Assembly: GCA_030704615.1 (NCBI GenBank) | Contig: CM060734.1 | Span: 29,326,001-29,390,000 of the forward strand | Origin: Takakia lepidozioides | Taxonomy: Eukaryota > Plantae > Bryophyta | Direction: 5' to 3' | Length of the DNA stretch: 64,000 nt | Shown here: positions 49,951 to 63,536 of the stretch, piece by piece | Layout of the letters: each line of letters opens with the position of its first letter | Position numbering within the stretch: position 1 is the stretch's first letter | Made by a program: the position numbers and the translations under genes | The notes under the pieces: generated by a model | Seen by the model: only the letters and a program-made list of their open reading frames with translations | Databases searched by the model: none | Told to the model about the DNA's origin: nothing

Positions 49951-52679
49951 TCGCCTTGTCCGTCCGCCCTGGTCATATATGCTTGGCCTAGCGACAAGTG
50001 CTCTATCCTCCGTTGGTAACACTGGTGCAGCCCGTGACTGCTCTAGCGTTTCAACATGCAAATCATGCTGCAATGGTTTGTCATGGATACCACTGTATCC
50101 TTTCAACTTATTGGCATTGACTCTTCCCAGCATTTCTTTGTTAATGGTTTGTAACATGGCGGTGTTGTTATCATACATCTTTTGTATGACATAAGGTCCT
50201 TTCCATGGTGATTTAAGCTTAGAAGCTTTAATCTTTCCTTTCTTCTGCAACCATAGAACCAAATCCCCTATCTTAAAAGTCTTTAACTTGCCTTCATCAA
50301 ACTGTTCCTTTCTCTTCATTTGAATTCTGGTCATATTATCAGCTGCATCAGCACGTACTTCTTCCACATGGTATAATTCATGTTTCCTGACCTTAATGGA
50401 ATCTTGCAATTCCATTCTCTTTCCCCACTCCGTTCTCATGGTAGGTAACAGGAATTCCACTGGAAGTAAGGCTTCCATACCATAAACTAATTGGAATGGT
50501 GTATATTTAGTGGTGACTTTATATGAAGTCATGTATGACCACAAAGCTGTCAGCAGCTTTGTATCCCAATCCGTTCTGTTTGCATTGACTATCTTAGCCA
50601 AGATAGTACATAGTATTTTGTTGGTAGCCTCTGCCTGCCCATTACCCTGTGGGTAATATGTTGTACTCTTTCTATGCACAATCATGAGCTCTTTAGTCAA
50701 CAACTCAATGGTCTCATTCATGAAGTGACTTCCCTGATCACTGATAAATTCTAAGGGACAGCGACATTTCCGGTTTCATGGGTCTGGAGTAATGCAGTCC
50801 TAGTCTTCCTGGGATCCACAAGAAGTCCATTCTTACACACAATGTGTCCCAGAAGCACCCCTGAGTTCACACAGAAAGTACACTTCTCTGGATTCAGGCC
50901 CAGACCTCTCATCCTGCATCTGGCCAAACATAACTCCAATTTATGCAAGTGCTCATTCTTAGAGCTGTACACACTGAAATCATCCAAGAATACCTGCATG
51001 AAATCATCCAGATACTCATGAAAAGATTCACTTATCATTCTCTGAAAGGTCGCTGGTGCATTACAAAGCCCAAAGGGCATGACTTTGTATGCATAAGCCC
51101 CCTCAGTCTGTGATGAAAGCTGTTTTTCCTTGGTCTTCTTCTGCCACTTGCACTTGATTATAACCACTGAAACCATCCATGAATGAGTACATCTCATGAC
51201 TTGCCACAGTGTCTAATACTGCTTCTGTGAATGGCAAAGGGAAATGATCTTTCTTCGTACAAGCATTCAGCTTCTTGTAGTTCACACAAACTCTTAGTTT
51301 ACCATTCTTCTTGGGAACTATAACAATGGGTGACAACCAAGTTGTATACTCTATTGGGTATATAAACTTAGCCTCAGCCAACTTCTTAATCTCTTCTCCA
51401 ACCTTCTGTGCGTAGTTGGGATTCATTCTGTACCTCGCCTGCTTGATTGGTACTGACCCTGGTTCCAGTTCAATCTTATGCTGGCAGACTTCAAGTGGTA
51501 TCCCTTTTAAATCCTCATAACTCCAAGCAAATACATCTCTGTATTTGATGAACAAGCTTTTAGCTTCTTCAAAGAACTTCGGCTCCAAATCAGCTCCTAC
51601 TTTCACCATCCTTGGTTCCTCTTTAGTTCCCACATTTATTTCCCTCACTTGCTCATCAGTTGTGATTGTCCAACCAGTCACCACTTCATCCTGTAAGCTC
51701 TCAGTGGCTGGTTCCTCTAGGATTTCCATTTCTCCTTCTCTTTCCTCATAGAAATGTGATGGGTAACTGCTGGTTTCCTCTTCAGTTGGTGTTGCTGTCA
51801 CTACACCACAGCAGATACCTCTTAAACAACTTAGGCTTTCCAGCCGCATCTCTGCAACCTGCTCCCACTCTGGGTGTGCAGCAAATAGGGTAGCTTCCTG
51901 CTCCTCATCCAGTCCTCCTTTCCAGTCATACTCTCTGACTCCTCGAGGTCTTCTTGTAGCAGGTAATCTACTAGATTTCTTTGTGGTAATTTGTATCTCG
52001 TGCATCCCATTATGCACGGTTAGTAACTGAGAATTCCAGTCATGGAATACCCTGGCCTGTTTCAGCCACGGACGTCCCAATAATAAGGAGTATACCTCCA
52101 TGACTTCATCCATCTTCAACACAGTTACTATGATCATAAAGATCATCTTCTGTATCTGTATCTTAACTCCTCTTATCAATCCCAATGGCTGTACACTTCT
52201 TTGATCTGCCATTGTTACTGTAAATGGGGCTGGTTTCATGTTACTTAGACCAAACTTCTTCCTTAATTGGTCTGTCATGATATTTACTCCAGAACCTCCA
52301 TCTATCAGTACATCAGTTAGTTCTGTGCTTCCAATTCTCAATTGGATTCCTGGCATAAAATCATCAAAGTCCATGACTGTTTCTCGCCCTTCCGGCTTCA
52401 CATTATAACTGGTCACCTTGCTGTTCAGGTCTGTGTTTCCTGTCTCCTGCGCAATTCGATTGATTGCTTGATACAGCCTGTGCCTACAATAAGGTGCCAC
52501 AGCTAATAGCTGTCCAATGGTAATTTCTGCTTTGGTCTGGCATATTACTTCAGCCAAAGTCTCTTCATTACTTTGCATGTCTGCATCTTCTTTCTTCCTT
52601 TCTTCCTCACTCCCTTCTTCTTCTCCATCAGAATCAGAGGAATCTGCCACAGGAATATCAGTACTCTTCTGCATTTCCA

Positions 52680-55600
52680 TGTCTGAAGGCCATGAAAAAA
52701 ACTCATCGGAGGGACGATGAGTAGACTCGAGCCTATCTGTATTGACGTGCATGAAACCACACTCGTCTTCCACTATTGTTGCGGATGGCCCCACAAGATG
52801 TGGCTGGAACCACCTTGCCTTGAAGATAAGAGGCTGGTGCCTTGTATATTGAAGTTGGAGTATGCTCTCAAGCTCTCCAAAGTAGTTGAGTGTGCTCATG
52901 GTAGGTCGTGTATCTCCCCTGCCCCACACGGAGTCTTGCCAATATGAGGCACACAAGCCAAAATCAAATGTTGTTTTGCGCTTCATGTCAAGAGCACGAA
53001 TGCGGAAATGACAACCATGAACCCAAACCGCCGTGTATGAGGTTGCAAATTGAGAGGGGCCCCTTGCAATGTCTTGCACCAAATCTGAAACCACCTCACC
53101 TTTCGCAATGCTATCCTCTACTTTAGTCCGAAGCCAATGGCGGAATGAACTTAGAGGTTGCAATTCCATGGGCAATTCTTGTGAAGGCACATTCCTACGT
53201 CGGCCCCTTGCTCGCGGAGCGCGTGTAATCGCCCTTGCATGATTCCGCCTCTACGCAACCGTTTCCTCCTGTGGTTGCTGAACAAGGTTATTGTATCTTG
53301 CCTCCCACTCATGTATGGATGGGGTGTTTTCAGTATGAACTCATGCGCTTGGTTAATCACCATGATGAGTAATTTTACCCTCTTTGAATTTTTGGGCAAA
53401 ACGATGTCTTTGGTTCGTACATCCTCATCTTCCTTCCACATCGGAGGGGCTTCCTTATCCACCCTTGCCAAGTACTCCATGCAGTAGAACATAGCCTCTT
53501 GCAATGTATACCCCTCCGCCATGCTACCCTCCGGGTGTGTCGTTTGTCTTACATGTGCTTTCAAAGTCTTCATGTATCGCTCAAGGTAGTACATCCACCG
53601 AGAATGAACGGGGCCGGCAATGGAAGCCTCTTCCACTAAGTGCACTACCATGTGCACTTGGACGGCAAAGAAGGAGGAAAGAAGGTGCATCTCCAACATA
53701 CACATGACCACCGCCGCCTCCTTCTTCATGCGTGGAAGGTTCGTTTCCTCCAGCTCTTTGGAGCAAATCCACCGGAACAATGCTCCCAATCTATAGACTG
53801 TCTCGCGAACCTCGGGAGTCAATGTCCCACGTACTGCAATGGGCAAGATGTCTTGCAATAGATTGTGGTAGTCATGAGACTTCAAACCATGGACCCCGTC
53901 TTCGTTGAACTTCATACAGAGGGATGACCCATAACCAGTTGGTGTTCGGACAGCTCCTACGGTGGCTATCACTTTCTTGTATTCCTCCTTTGTCCATTGC
54001 CAAGGTGCGCGCCTATACTTCCACCGTACAACACCCTTTGGGTCCACACCATTTTCTTCGGCCCATAGATGGGGCATGCGACCCTGCTCCTCAAGTTTCT
54101 TTCTAACACCGAGAGAATCTCCTTTCGCAGCCACTCCCTTCTTTGCCGGCGTGCCATGAAGAACACGAAAAAAGGACGAGCAAACATTCTTCTCAATATG
54201 CATGGGATCTAGAAGATGACGAATCTTCAGGGTCCTATACATATCCCTACCCACAAATTCTTACACGTCTATTTTGTCGTGAAAGTGACAATGGAAATCA
54301 TACAAAACATGCAATATCACATGCATGCATAACATTATTGATGGTGTTTTTGTGGAATATGTACCGCCCAATATGACAACTCGTAGAAGATTGAAAGCCG
54401 CTTCATGCCGGGCACCTCCACTTCACCGGACCCCTCCGGATGGGCCTCCTTCCATCGGTCTTCCCAAAAGTGCCCGGATGGTATCACAGGTGGGGGACGT
54501 AACTCCACTTTGCCATCAAATAAGTGTTTGTCTCTTCTTCTCCAATGATGGCTCATAGGAAGAAACTTGCGGTAGTTGGGATACACCATCTTGCGAAGAT
54601 TGCTGGAGCTTTGTGCAAGTTCATCGCCACAATGCAGGCATGCGTGGTACCCTTTAGTGCTCAACCCCGAGCAAACAGTAAGTCTTGTAGACATTCCGCC
54701 ACATTAGGAAAGATAAAAAGTTTCCATGTGCATCTATCCCACTACGGTGCAGAAGACTGTCTCCGCTACTTCAATCAATCCCAATCCTCATCAATATCCC
54801 TTGACAGGTAAATGTACGCGGGTTTCTCATGGGGAACATAATATACCTGGATAATCATGCATTGTCCAAAGCAAGATGCCTCTCATCTGAAAAGATTGTC
54901 TGGCCATAGGGTCAAGTGAAGCATCCAATGCCGGGACCCCCCTCCATAACTCCTTCAGTTCATCAACTAGAGGTCGCAAGTACGTGTCCATGTCTTTCAC
55001 TTGTTTTTTCCCTATGAGACATTCACACCATTAATTGTTTCAATGCTCCACCATGCTAATTATACTTCATAATGAATGACACATCTTACTACATGATTAC
55101 GTCACTCATCAATCTTCCATCGAAATTGCGCCAAAGAGACAAAAATTAATGTAAAATCCAAAGAAATAATAAGCATGAAATGGGAACACTCACCCGGTAC
55201 AATGGCAGCCAACATGATATGGCATTTTTTTATTGAAAGATACGGAGGGATGTTGTAATTCACCATGGTCACCGGCCAAGTGGAATGACTACATGACTTG
55301 GTCAGAGTATGGGTTGACCCCATCCGAGGAGAAGCCGAGGCGGACATGTCGTGGGTCATAAGAGAAAAGGCCACATCTCTTCAGTATGCCTCCATGCTTG
55401 TGAATCTTGTGGCCCGCACATCTTTCCCGGGGGGTTCTGATACGAGGCGTGCCATCTCATCAGTTGTGCCAATGAGGGGCTTCGATAGTGTGCCTACAGT
55501 CGCGGGATGATTGGAAAGTAGTGCATTTTCTGGCACCATCCCCATGTCGGCCCCATATCATAATCAGTGTCATTCATATCTCTAAGTAAAACCTTACGTC

Positions 55601-56250
55601 TTGTAGCGGTTGCAAAAAGGTAGAATGCAATATACAAGTGTATTGTGGCGCGGGTATACCTTGCGCGGGGCTTTCTTCCCTTGAACATCATCCCGATATC
55701 GGTCTTTGTTGCACTTTGGACACTTGATGAGTTTCGCATCCTCTCCGTAGTACAGGGTTTTATCACATGGACATGCATGAAAAATCTTACAGTCCATCCC
55801 CACAGCATCTAAGGCTGCTCTTGCCTCTTTTCTTGATCGTGGCATTCTCGGCTTCAAATGTGGGGCAATGATGTAGTCCGCAATAGTCCGCATTCTGGCG
55901 GATATACCCACATTGCTTATGCCAAACCAGATTTGCAAATTCAGCAACAACAAGATGGTTGAAAGTCTACTCACTTTGGCCCCTTCGTATAAGGGAGTTT
56001 TGGCTTCTTTTTCCATGTCATTCAAAGAGTATGTGTCCTCATCTACCATCTGATGCATTAAGAGGTCCTCCATTGCTGCCACATCCTCATGCATAATTCC
56101 ATTGTCATTGTTGTCCACATCATCGGAGACCGCCATTTCAGACGAGGTCGGGTCCATTTGATACACACCTCCCTCCGAAGGAACAAAATCCCGGTTCATG
56201 ACAAGATCATGAACTTCGTGAATTAACATCATGGGGTTGTGGCCGACATT
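52680..56250 (-). pseudogene. CACTA/En-Spm Tnp2 (TnpD) transposase with introns; Transposase_21, DUF4218 and DUF4216 regions; stops and frameshifts
   Basis: FHACPCDKTLY...CPKC; STWPVTMVNYNIPP; YLRPLVDELKELW; WTMHDYPG; LDPMHIEKN; GLKSHDYH; GPVHSRWMYYLERYM; YFGELESIL...KARWF. Confidence 0.95.
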
Positions 56251-56565
56251 CTAAGATGCCAAAAACAACCATGTCATTATCAGTTTCCATACATGGCGTT
56301 GTTCATTATCATACAGGATAAAACCCAAAGTACACATTATACACACGAGGGGAATACATACATTGCTTCACCAAATGAAGGAGACACTATATAATTCAAA
56401 ATACCCAAATTCACATATAGCATCCACCCAAACTCCCTTGAATATAGCATGAAAAATTGCATCCAAATACACATCAAATGCCTATGTATATATATACACG
56501 GTGGAGGAAGCCACCTCAATGTACAAAATGTCTTCCTACGTCCATCTACACATGATGAAAGTCGG

Positions 56566-58342
56566 CTAACGCCTAAAGTCATACTCTGCAAACAACTCCT
56601 CTCCAGCCCTAATGGTCCTCATTGCACATGTCATCACAAAAGTGGTGATGTTAGGGTCCAATCTACTATCCCCGTCATGACGCTCATCCCAAAACACGTC
56701 GGTGGTGTGGCCCGGCGGTAAGGTAACTGAACTGGGGTTTCCGTCACAATAAATATGGGCTTTGCGGCCCAAATTTCTCGCCTTTACATCATTGTTGTTC
56801 ACAACAAGGATGTAAGGATGGATCAAGGACCCAAGGCCGTGTGTCTGCAATAATTGCCACTCCCGGTGGGTGTACCTCGGCCCAAAATAGGGGAACAAAT
56901 CCACAGAATCCTCTCCTCCCCCCAAAACTACATCCTCCATCAAAAAAAGTCCGCGACCCATACTAGGGTCCATTGCCTCCATCATGCAATACATGCGACC
57001 CCAAAAAAGAAAGGGCTCACCCTCGGGAATCGGAACTGGACAAGGCACAAGACATCGGTAGAAATGGGGTTGGACTCCCATCGTGAATAGCTCCCTAGCA
57101 CCACGATGACGTATGGTGCCGTCATCAGGCCGGCGAAGGCGCGGACCAACCGTGCAAAACAACTTCGGTCTACCTCTCCTAGGGGGCGGCGCCCGTCCAT
57201 CACTTCGGGGGCCCTTCTCCCGGAGTGGGAACCTAGTGATCCATCGGTCCCAGTCATACACAGTCCCCAAAGGTGGTGGGATCCATCCGGGTTCTGCCGG
57301 AGAACCCGGATACGGACTCGGTGGCGGCTGTGGTCTCGGCAATGGAGGGGAAGGGACACGTAGGTTGGTATGAGGGATCTCGCGTGGAGGTAGTACTGGC
57401 CGAGATGGCCGGGATGGCGATGGTGATGAGGAAATAACATGTACAATAGGAGGAACAGACGATGCGGATGATGGTGATGATGGGGGTGCCGATGTCGAGG
57501 ATGTCGAACTCGGACTCGGTGGCGGTTGTGGTCTCGGCAATGGAGGGGAAGGGACACGTAGCCGGTCGGTGTGAGGGACCTCGGATGGCAATGGTGATGA
57601 GGAAAGACCATCTACAATAGGAGGAACGGACGATGCGGATGATGGTGATGATGGGGGTGCCGATGTCGAGGATGATGAATGTGTGTGCGTAGGTGGCAAG
57701 CGCCTAGCCCGGTGCCCAAAAATGGAAAAACACGCATCGTACCCCGCTACCTCACAAACTGCATCTACGTCATGTTGCGAGAAAAAAATGTTCACATCCG
57801 GAACGGGGTGGGGCTCGTAAGAAGGAAGAAACCCGCATCGGTATGCCTCTTCAGCAAAAAAATTGTGAGCTTGGACATCAAGACGGGGCTGCAAGATGCA
57901 TGATATGAAATGCATCAATACTCAATTCACAAACGCGAGGTTTTATTAGATATAGTACTTTTAATTGAGGAGTACGTGAGAAGATATATGGACGACTTAC
58001 CTTTGCTGCATCAGCAATCTCGTACTTGGCGTAATGTTTTTGCACAACATGGGGTCGCCGCATCATCGGTGTGGTCCTCCCAACCGGTAGTCGTGCCCAA
58101 CACCAACTGCACCAACACTCAATCTTAGGGAGGCGGTCCTGGTGGGGTATCCCCGGGGCTCGTGCCTCTGGACTCGGCGGCCTACGACCTCGGGGTGGTG
58201 GCCGTGGGGGCAAAGCTGTGCGGACATGGTGATGCCGCCTAACTCGTAGACGAGGCGAACGTGCTGTCTCGCCCTCAGCAGGTGGTTGTGGCACAGCCGG
58301 CAACGAATCCTCAAGCGTGACACGTCGATAAACACGCGGCAT
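56566..58342 (-). CDS. Two-exon gene (58342-58001 and 57888-56566): CxCxxC...H motif, Pro/Ser-rich linker and SET-like domain
   Basis: Phase-0 GTAAGT donor and TTGCAG acceptor. SET motifs GRGLF, YFG, and RTIRAGEELFAEY. The canonical NH motif is not seen. Confidence 0.75.
57313..57675. repeat. Internal duplication (about 180-200 bp) in the Pro-rich linker
   Basis: LRVPSPPLPRPQPPPSP and STSAPPSSPSSASSVPPIV are each encoded twice. Confidence 0.85.
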
Positions 58343-59161
58343 GACCTAGCACGAGAGAGAGGTAGAGTACTGTATTGTGACCCACTGTAACCTCCGGAGG
58401 AGTTACACTCCCAACCCTTGGAAAAACTTGAAAAAAAAAAACCCTACAAACGTAAAGCCATATGTCCCCACCCCACAAAAAAACAAAACCCTAAAAACAA
58501 AACTATATTGCAGCTAATCCTAAACTAATTATATTATAACTAACCCTAAACTAAACTATGTAACCCTTAAAACCCTAAGAGCCAAAGACCCAAAAACCCA
58601 AATGATCATTGCAAAACCCCATAACCCAAAAAACCAAAAAATAAAATAAAAAATGAGAGGCCTCTTCAACTCACCTCTGCGACTGCCGTGCGACGTCCCC
58701 CTGAGACAACGATGCCCGTGCGATTCCCCAACGTCGCAGCGGATCCTCCTCCTGCCAAAGTGGCCGCCCTTCACTCCCCTTCTCTCTCCCCTTCGCGAAG
58801 GCGTCTGATCGCCGCCGAGGTTTTTCGGTGGGGTCGCCACACTGGTCCAGTCCGTTCTGGAGAGTCTGCTGGACCCGGGTCCACCCACTTTGCTCTGCAA
58901 TCCAAGGTTGGGCATCCATGCATCGGTGCATATGAGGTTACATGACACAAGCGAGTCCACCATGAGTCCACCACGCCGAACCCCGCCATAGAAGAATAAG
59001 GACTTAGAATTTTTTTTCAGAAAGAACGAGTATACAAAATGTTTAATTAACAACACACATTAGATCTGACAGGAATTGAGCATCAAACCTCATAAACCTT
59101 ATCCATTGTTCTTAACCATCGCACTACCCAATGCTTTTTGAAAACATTGAAAATATTTAAT

Positions 59162-59248
59162 ATAGGGCCCACCCCCGAAAGGGGGTAGTAGCCGTAAGGT
59201 GAAGTGGCTCTTAGTTACGCCGGCCTTGGCCGGAGTCTTCTCCATCTC
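59162..59248. repeat. Structured ~85-bp element, copy 2, flanked by a 14-bp direct repeat
   Basis: TGAAAATATTTAAT at 59148-59161 and 59249-59262. Confidence 0.85.
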
Positions 59249-59522
59249 TGAAAATATTTAATGTTTTATATGCATTACCAAAGCCTACAGGTAGGTCATG
59301 GGCCCATCTTGGCTTGGATCTATAGCAATGGACCTGCTTGCCTGGATCTAGCCGTGGCAGACCGAGCAGCAGCAACGGACCCGCCGCAACGGATCCTTCG
59401 ACGAGTAGAGGCCCTCCAACCCTCCACTACCCTCTTTGGTACATGTGGGCCCCGCCACATGCACATTGGTGCGCCTTAAAGACCCCACCTAATATCTTTT
59501 ATTGAGAAGCATTTTCTCCTTG

Positions 59523-62460
59523 TTTTTTTTTTTTTTTTTTTTGGAAACAGGGGAAGGCCCTGAATTAATTTTATTGAGTTTATTGTGGGGAAAAAAAATT
59601 AAAACCCCAGATTACACCTTGAGGTACACACACCTTAGTCAGTGATGAACGAACTAACTTTCTGAAGGGAGAAGATGAAGACAACCTAGGGTTACAAGCC
59701 CTATGTAGAAGTCACACCCGTAGGGGGTTGCTTTGAATGTAGGCAGTCGCTTCTAGACTGGTGAGATCTACAAGGAATCCATGAGGTGAATGGCTTAGCA
59801 GCCGCTTGGAACTTGTCCGAAGCTTATTTGTGTGCACGAATGGATCTCAGCGAAATTTCAGTCTAGCAGCCGATTTGATGTGGTGCCAATTGATATCCCT
59901 GTCAAACTCGGGGGACGCCGCCATGGAGGGGTGTTTTGAGTTCTCGCCATCGATCTGGCGGTTGAGCTGCCCAGGCACAGTGGGATGGTGACGAGCTAGC
60001 GCAGAAAAGACCGTTTCTTGCCCAAGTGCTGGCGAACTGACCGTGGATTGCTGCCGCTTGTTGGGGTCTTCTTGTGACATCTGCATAGAGTTTTGCCCAA
60101 GCCTTCCTCCCTTCAATCTGCAAGTCCCAGAATACTCTAGAAAGCAAGGTAGATAAAGTGCAGGTGGTACCCGAGAGGGTCCAGGCACATCTAACTTTCC
60201 ATATGTTCCACAGTGTAGAGTTGCGAAGGCGATCGTAGACTGGGCAGTTTGAAGCCTTGGTTTTTGAATTTGAGTCGTAGTTGAGTAACAGATGTACAAC
60301 TGAGAAGTCTTAGATATCCCAATGTCTATAAAATTCTTTAACGATAGGCCAGACTTTCCTAGGGGTAAGGCAACAAACAAGGCAATGTTCCAGGGTTTCC
60401 AACTGCCCATAGGAGCAACAAGAGCAAAGCAAGGCTTCCTGGAATTGTAACCATTCTCCCACCTTAAGGACTTTGTTGGCTATTTGCCATAGAAAGGCGG
60501 ACATCTTGGCTGGCCTTGTTTTTTCCCAGATACATGTCCAGATTGATTTCTAGTTTTCCTCCACAAACCCGTAAGATTGCCATTTCGAGTTCCATTTGGC
60601 AAAGAGGGGGCTGGAGATGCCAGAGCCTTGTATGCTATTCTGGTGGTGTACGCGAAGAAGGGAGTCGGAGATCTAGAGAAAGCCCAGGACCACTCTCCTG
60701 GATCGAAGGGAAGCTCTGCGAGGGGCCTTCCTAAAATCCAAAAGAATGAATTTGCTGCTAGCCAGGTTGCGATGGGGATCATAGGGTCTGGAGTTGGGTT
60801 CATGTCTCTTGTGGGAGAGGACCAGCAGCAGATTCTGATGGGAGTATGGGGGAGATTAGGAAGGGAGAGAGGGACTGTACTTTGTAGGGATAGAGACATG
60901 GTCACAGGATGGATACTGAATGGAAAAGCCCGTAGACTGTTGTTTAGCTTGTCCAGACGAAGAGGATGGTAAGTGACTCTCTGACAATAGCTAGGGACCA
61001 GTAGTTCATGGTGGGGGCAGAAGGACCTGCTTGCAATGTTGGTAGCCAAGTAATTGAATCTTTGATGGTCTGAAAGCCAGAGGAAGTCCTGGCTGATCTT
61101 GCAATGCTAGCAATAGATGTGGAGTCCATAAAGTCTTGGTTGTTCCATATGTGTCTAACCTGGTTAATGCCAGATCTGTCCCAGTAAGACCATATTTTGG
61201 CTTGGACCCTTTGTGGTTGGGTTGGCTTGTTGGTATTTAAGAATAGGTGCTGTCGGAGGGTCTCTTCATAAGTCTGAGGTTCCATTTTCCGTAGAAAGGG
61301 TCCGAGCCTTCCCCATGCGTGCCAGATGGTGGTCCACAGGGATGAACCTAAGGCTTTATGTTTGAACCCTTAAGCTACCCAACGCAGAGATGGGGTCCAG
61401 AGGGCTGTTTTGAGGGGAGAGGCATCCTGGATGTTCTGAACCACTAGATATTTCCACCAGCCCCCTTTTGGGCCAAAGAAGCGAGGAATCCACTTACCGA
61501 GGAGAGCTGTTATCTGGGTTTCTGGATCAATAATTCCAAGCCCCCCCTGTTTTTTGGGCAGACAGATCTGCTTCCATGAAACTTGTGGTCTCTTCTTAGT
61601 CTGGGAATCAGATCCCCATATAAAATTGCGGAGAAGACCAGAATTTTTTTTAATCTGATTGGTGTTCGGTCTCCACGATGCAGTGAAGTACCAAATGCTT
61701 GCCGAGAGGACCTGATTGGCCGCCAAGGCTCTCCCGGTGATGGAGAGGTGTTTAGAGCCCCAGAAGGTAAGTTTGCATCTGAATTTGGCCAGGGTGGGTG
61801 CAAACTTTTGGTCATCCGAGAGGCCAACACCGAAGGTATAATCGAGGAATGTTGTTGTTTGTCCAGGTCGTAGCCACGATAAACCCGAGCTAGAGCCCCA
61901 TGAAGGATCAGTTCCTAAATGGGATTGATGGAGGTCTCCAGTTAGGATAGCACATGTTTTTGCCCAGTTGACTTTGAAACCTGAAGGCAGAAAAGGTTCA
62001 ACATAGATGTAGCCTCTTGGAGGTTTTGAGGGGTGGCTTGGAGGATGAGGAAGGTGTCATCGACAAACATTGAGTCTTTGAGTTCTGCTGGCTGAGAGGT
62101 GTGGTAATTAGTTATGCGGAGATCTCTAATGAGGCGGTTGGATTCAAGCATGTAGCCTAGAGAGTCAGCCACAAAAAGGAAGAGGAAGGGAGCTAGTGTG
62201 CAGCCTTGCCTGACAGACCTGTGAGCGGGAATGATGTCGAAAGTTGCCTATTGACAATGACTCTGCTCGAGGAGTTTTGAAGGAGGATAATAACCCATTT
62301 CTTGAAAGATTCTGGGATACCTACCTGGCAAGAGCTCCCATGAGGAATGACCATTCAACCCTATCGAAGGCTTTCTCGAAGTGAAGGAGTTGGAGAGCGA
62401 TTGCTTGTTTGGTTTTGAGGGCAAAGTCAGGTATTTCTTGGGCAAGAAGAGGTTGTCCAT
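59523..62460 (-). mobile_element. 5'-truncated, degenerate L1-like LINE (RT, zf-RVT, poly(A))
   Basis: FEKAFDRVEW, VRQGCTLAPFLF, FVDD, VSWKQICLPKKQGGLG, ETLEHC. T-tract at 59523-59542. Confidence 0.92.
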
Positions 62461-63085
62461 GATTTCTAATTTGCTTATCAGCTTACCTCCGCTCCCTCTT
62501 GAGTCTTTATATTTAGAAGTTGGACAGTAAATGCACTGGGCAGTTGAAGACGTGGCAAAACGTGGGTGGGTCAATGACTATCGCCACAATTTACTGGATT
62601 TTCGGGAGCCTGTTCACACGGCACGCAAGAGACATATGGCTGGATTTCTACCACGTCATGGATCCAGGAGGATCGACAGAGCCGTACGCGTGAAGGTCCG
62701 TGTCCGAAACCGAGGCTCGGAAAGTTACGATGCGGTGACAAGGTGCCGCGCGTGTGGGGACAAGCTAGGAACTTGTCGCCATCGCACTTTGTTTTCCATC
62801 CAACGTTCATCCATTAATTTAGTCATTTATTTGACTAGAAATACTCCCATCCTAGATTCTGGATCTGTCGCAGCAGGAGGCTCGGCAACAATGTGGTTCG
62901 GCGTGGTAAAAGAAGGAGGTTCGGTTCACAGCGCGGTCTTCTTGTGGCTCACGCAGCCAGAGCAGTGCGTCATTCGAGCTGTTTTCAGAGAGTGGTCCAT
63001 GGGCGGCAGGGAGGTTATGTGGGTGCTGCAGCTCTGATTCTGTTTCAGAGTTCTGGGACAAACAGGCAGGAGAGAGAGGAGTTGT

Positions 63086-63536
63086 ATGGCCGCCGCAATG
63101 CTTTGTCTGGCAAATCTCCTGGCGCTCGTGTGCCTGGCAGCTGGGGCTGCTGACCACTCTATTGTGGGGTACAGCCCTGACGATCTTGCCTCCGAAGATC
63201 GTCTCTACGAGCTCTTTAATACCTGGGTTAGTGTTCACGGTAAGGAGTATGGTGGGGTAGCGGCCGAGAGGGAGCGACGGTTTGCTATTTTCAAAGAGAA
63301 TCTCCAGTATATAGATGCACACAGGAAGACGGATTCTCCCTTCTGGCTGGGTTTGAACAAGTTCGCGGACATGTCCAATGAGGAGTTCGGACTACACTAC
63401 ACTGGCACGAAGATTGATAAGTCCCGCCGCCTGAAGAGGTCCACTGGATTTCGGTACGCGGACTTTGAAGCCCCCGAATCCATCGACTGGAGAGAGAAGG
63501 GTGCCGTGGCGGAGGTGAAGGATCAAGGCGGCTGCG
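63086..63536 (+). CDS. Papain-like (C1A) cysteine protease, exon 1 (signal peptide, I29 propeptide, start of mature domain); continues beyond the window
   Basis: ERERRFAIFKENLQYIDAH (ERFNIN-like), LGLNKFADMSNEEF, PESIDWREKGAVAEVKDQGGCG followed by a gtaag donor. Confidence 0.95.

Larger units (their letters stand above)
44406..52680 (-). mobile_element. Ty3/Gypsy retrotransposon 3 (5'-truncated; PR, RT, integrase core, extra 3' ORFs, PPT, 3' LTR; RNase H deleted)
   Basis: Protease LIDGGSG...LLGRPWL. RT FMDGFSGYNQ, MPFGLCNAP, FLDDF. Integrase ISDQGSHF...YYPQGNGQAE...WKGPY. Confidence 0.93.

Noticed and set aside
58430-58640. AACCCTAA motifs as telomeric repeats
   Set aside because: They are scattered rather than tandem, consistent with telo-box-like motifs in a 5' UTR or intron of the transposon gene.
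16383-59248. The two structured repeats as termini of one 43-kb element
   Set aside because: Copy 2 has its own flanking direct repeat, there is no shared outer TSD, and the interior is a mix of unrelated TEs.
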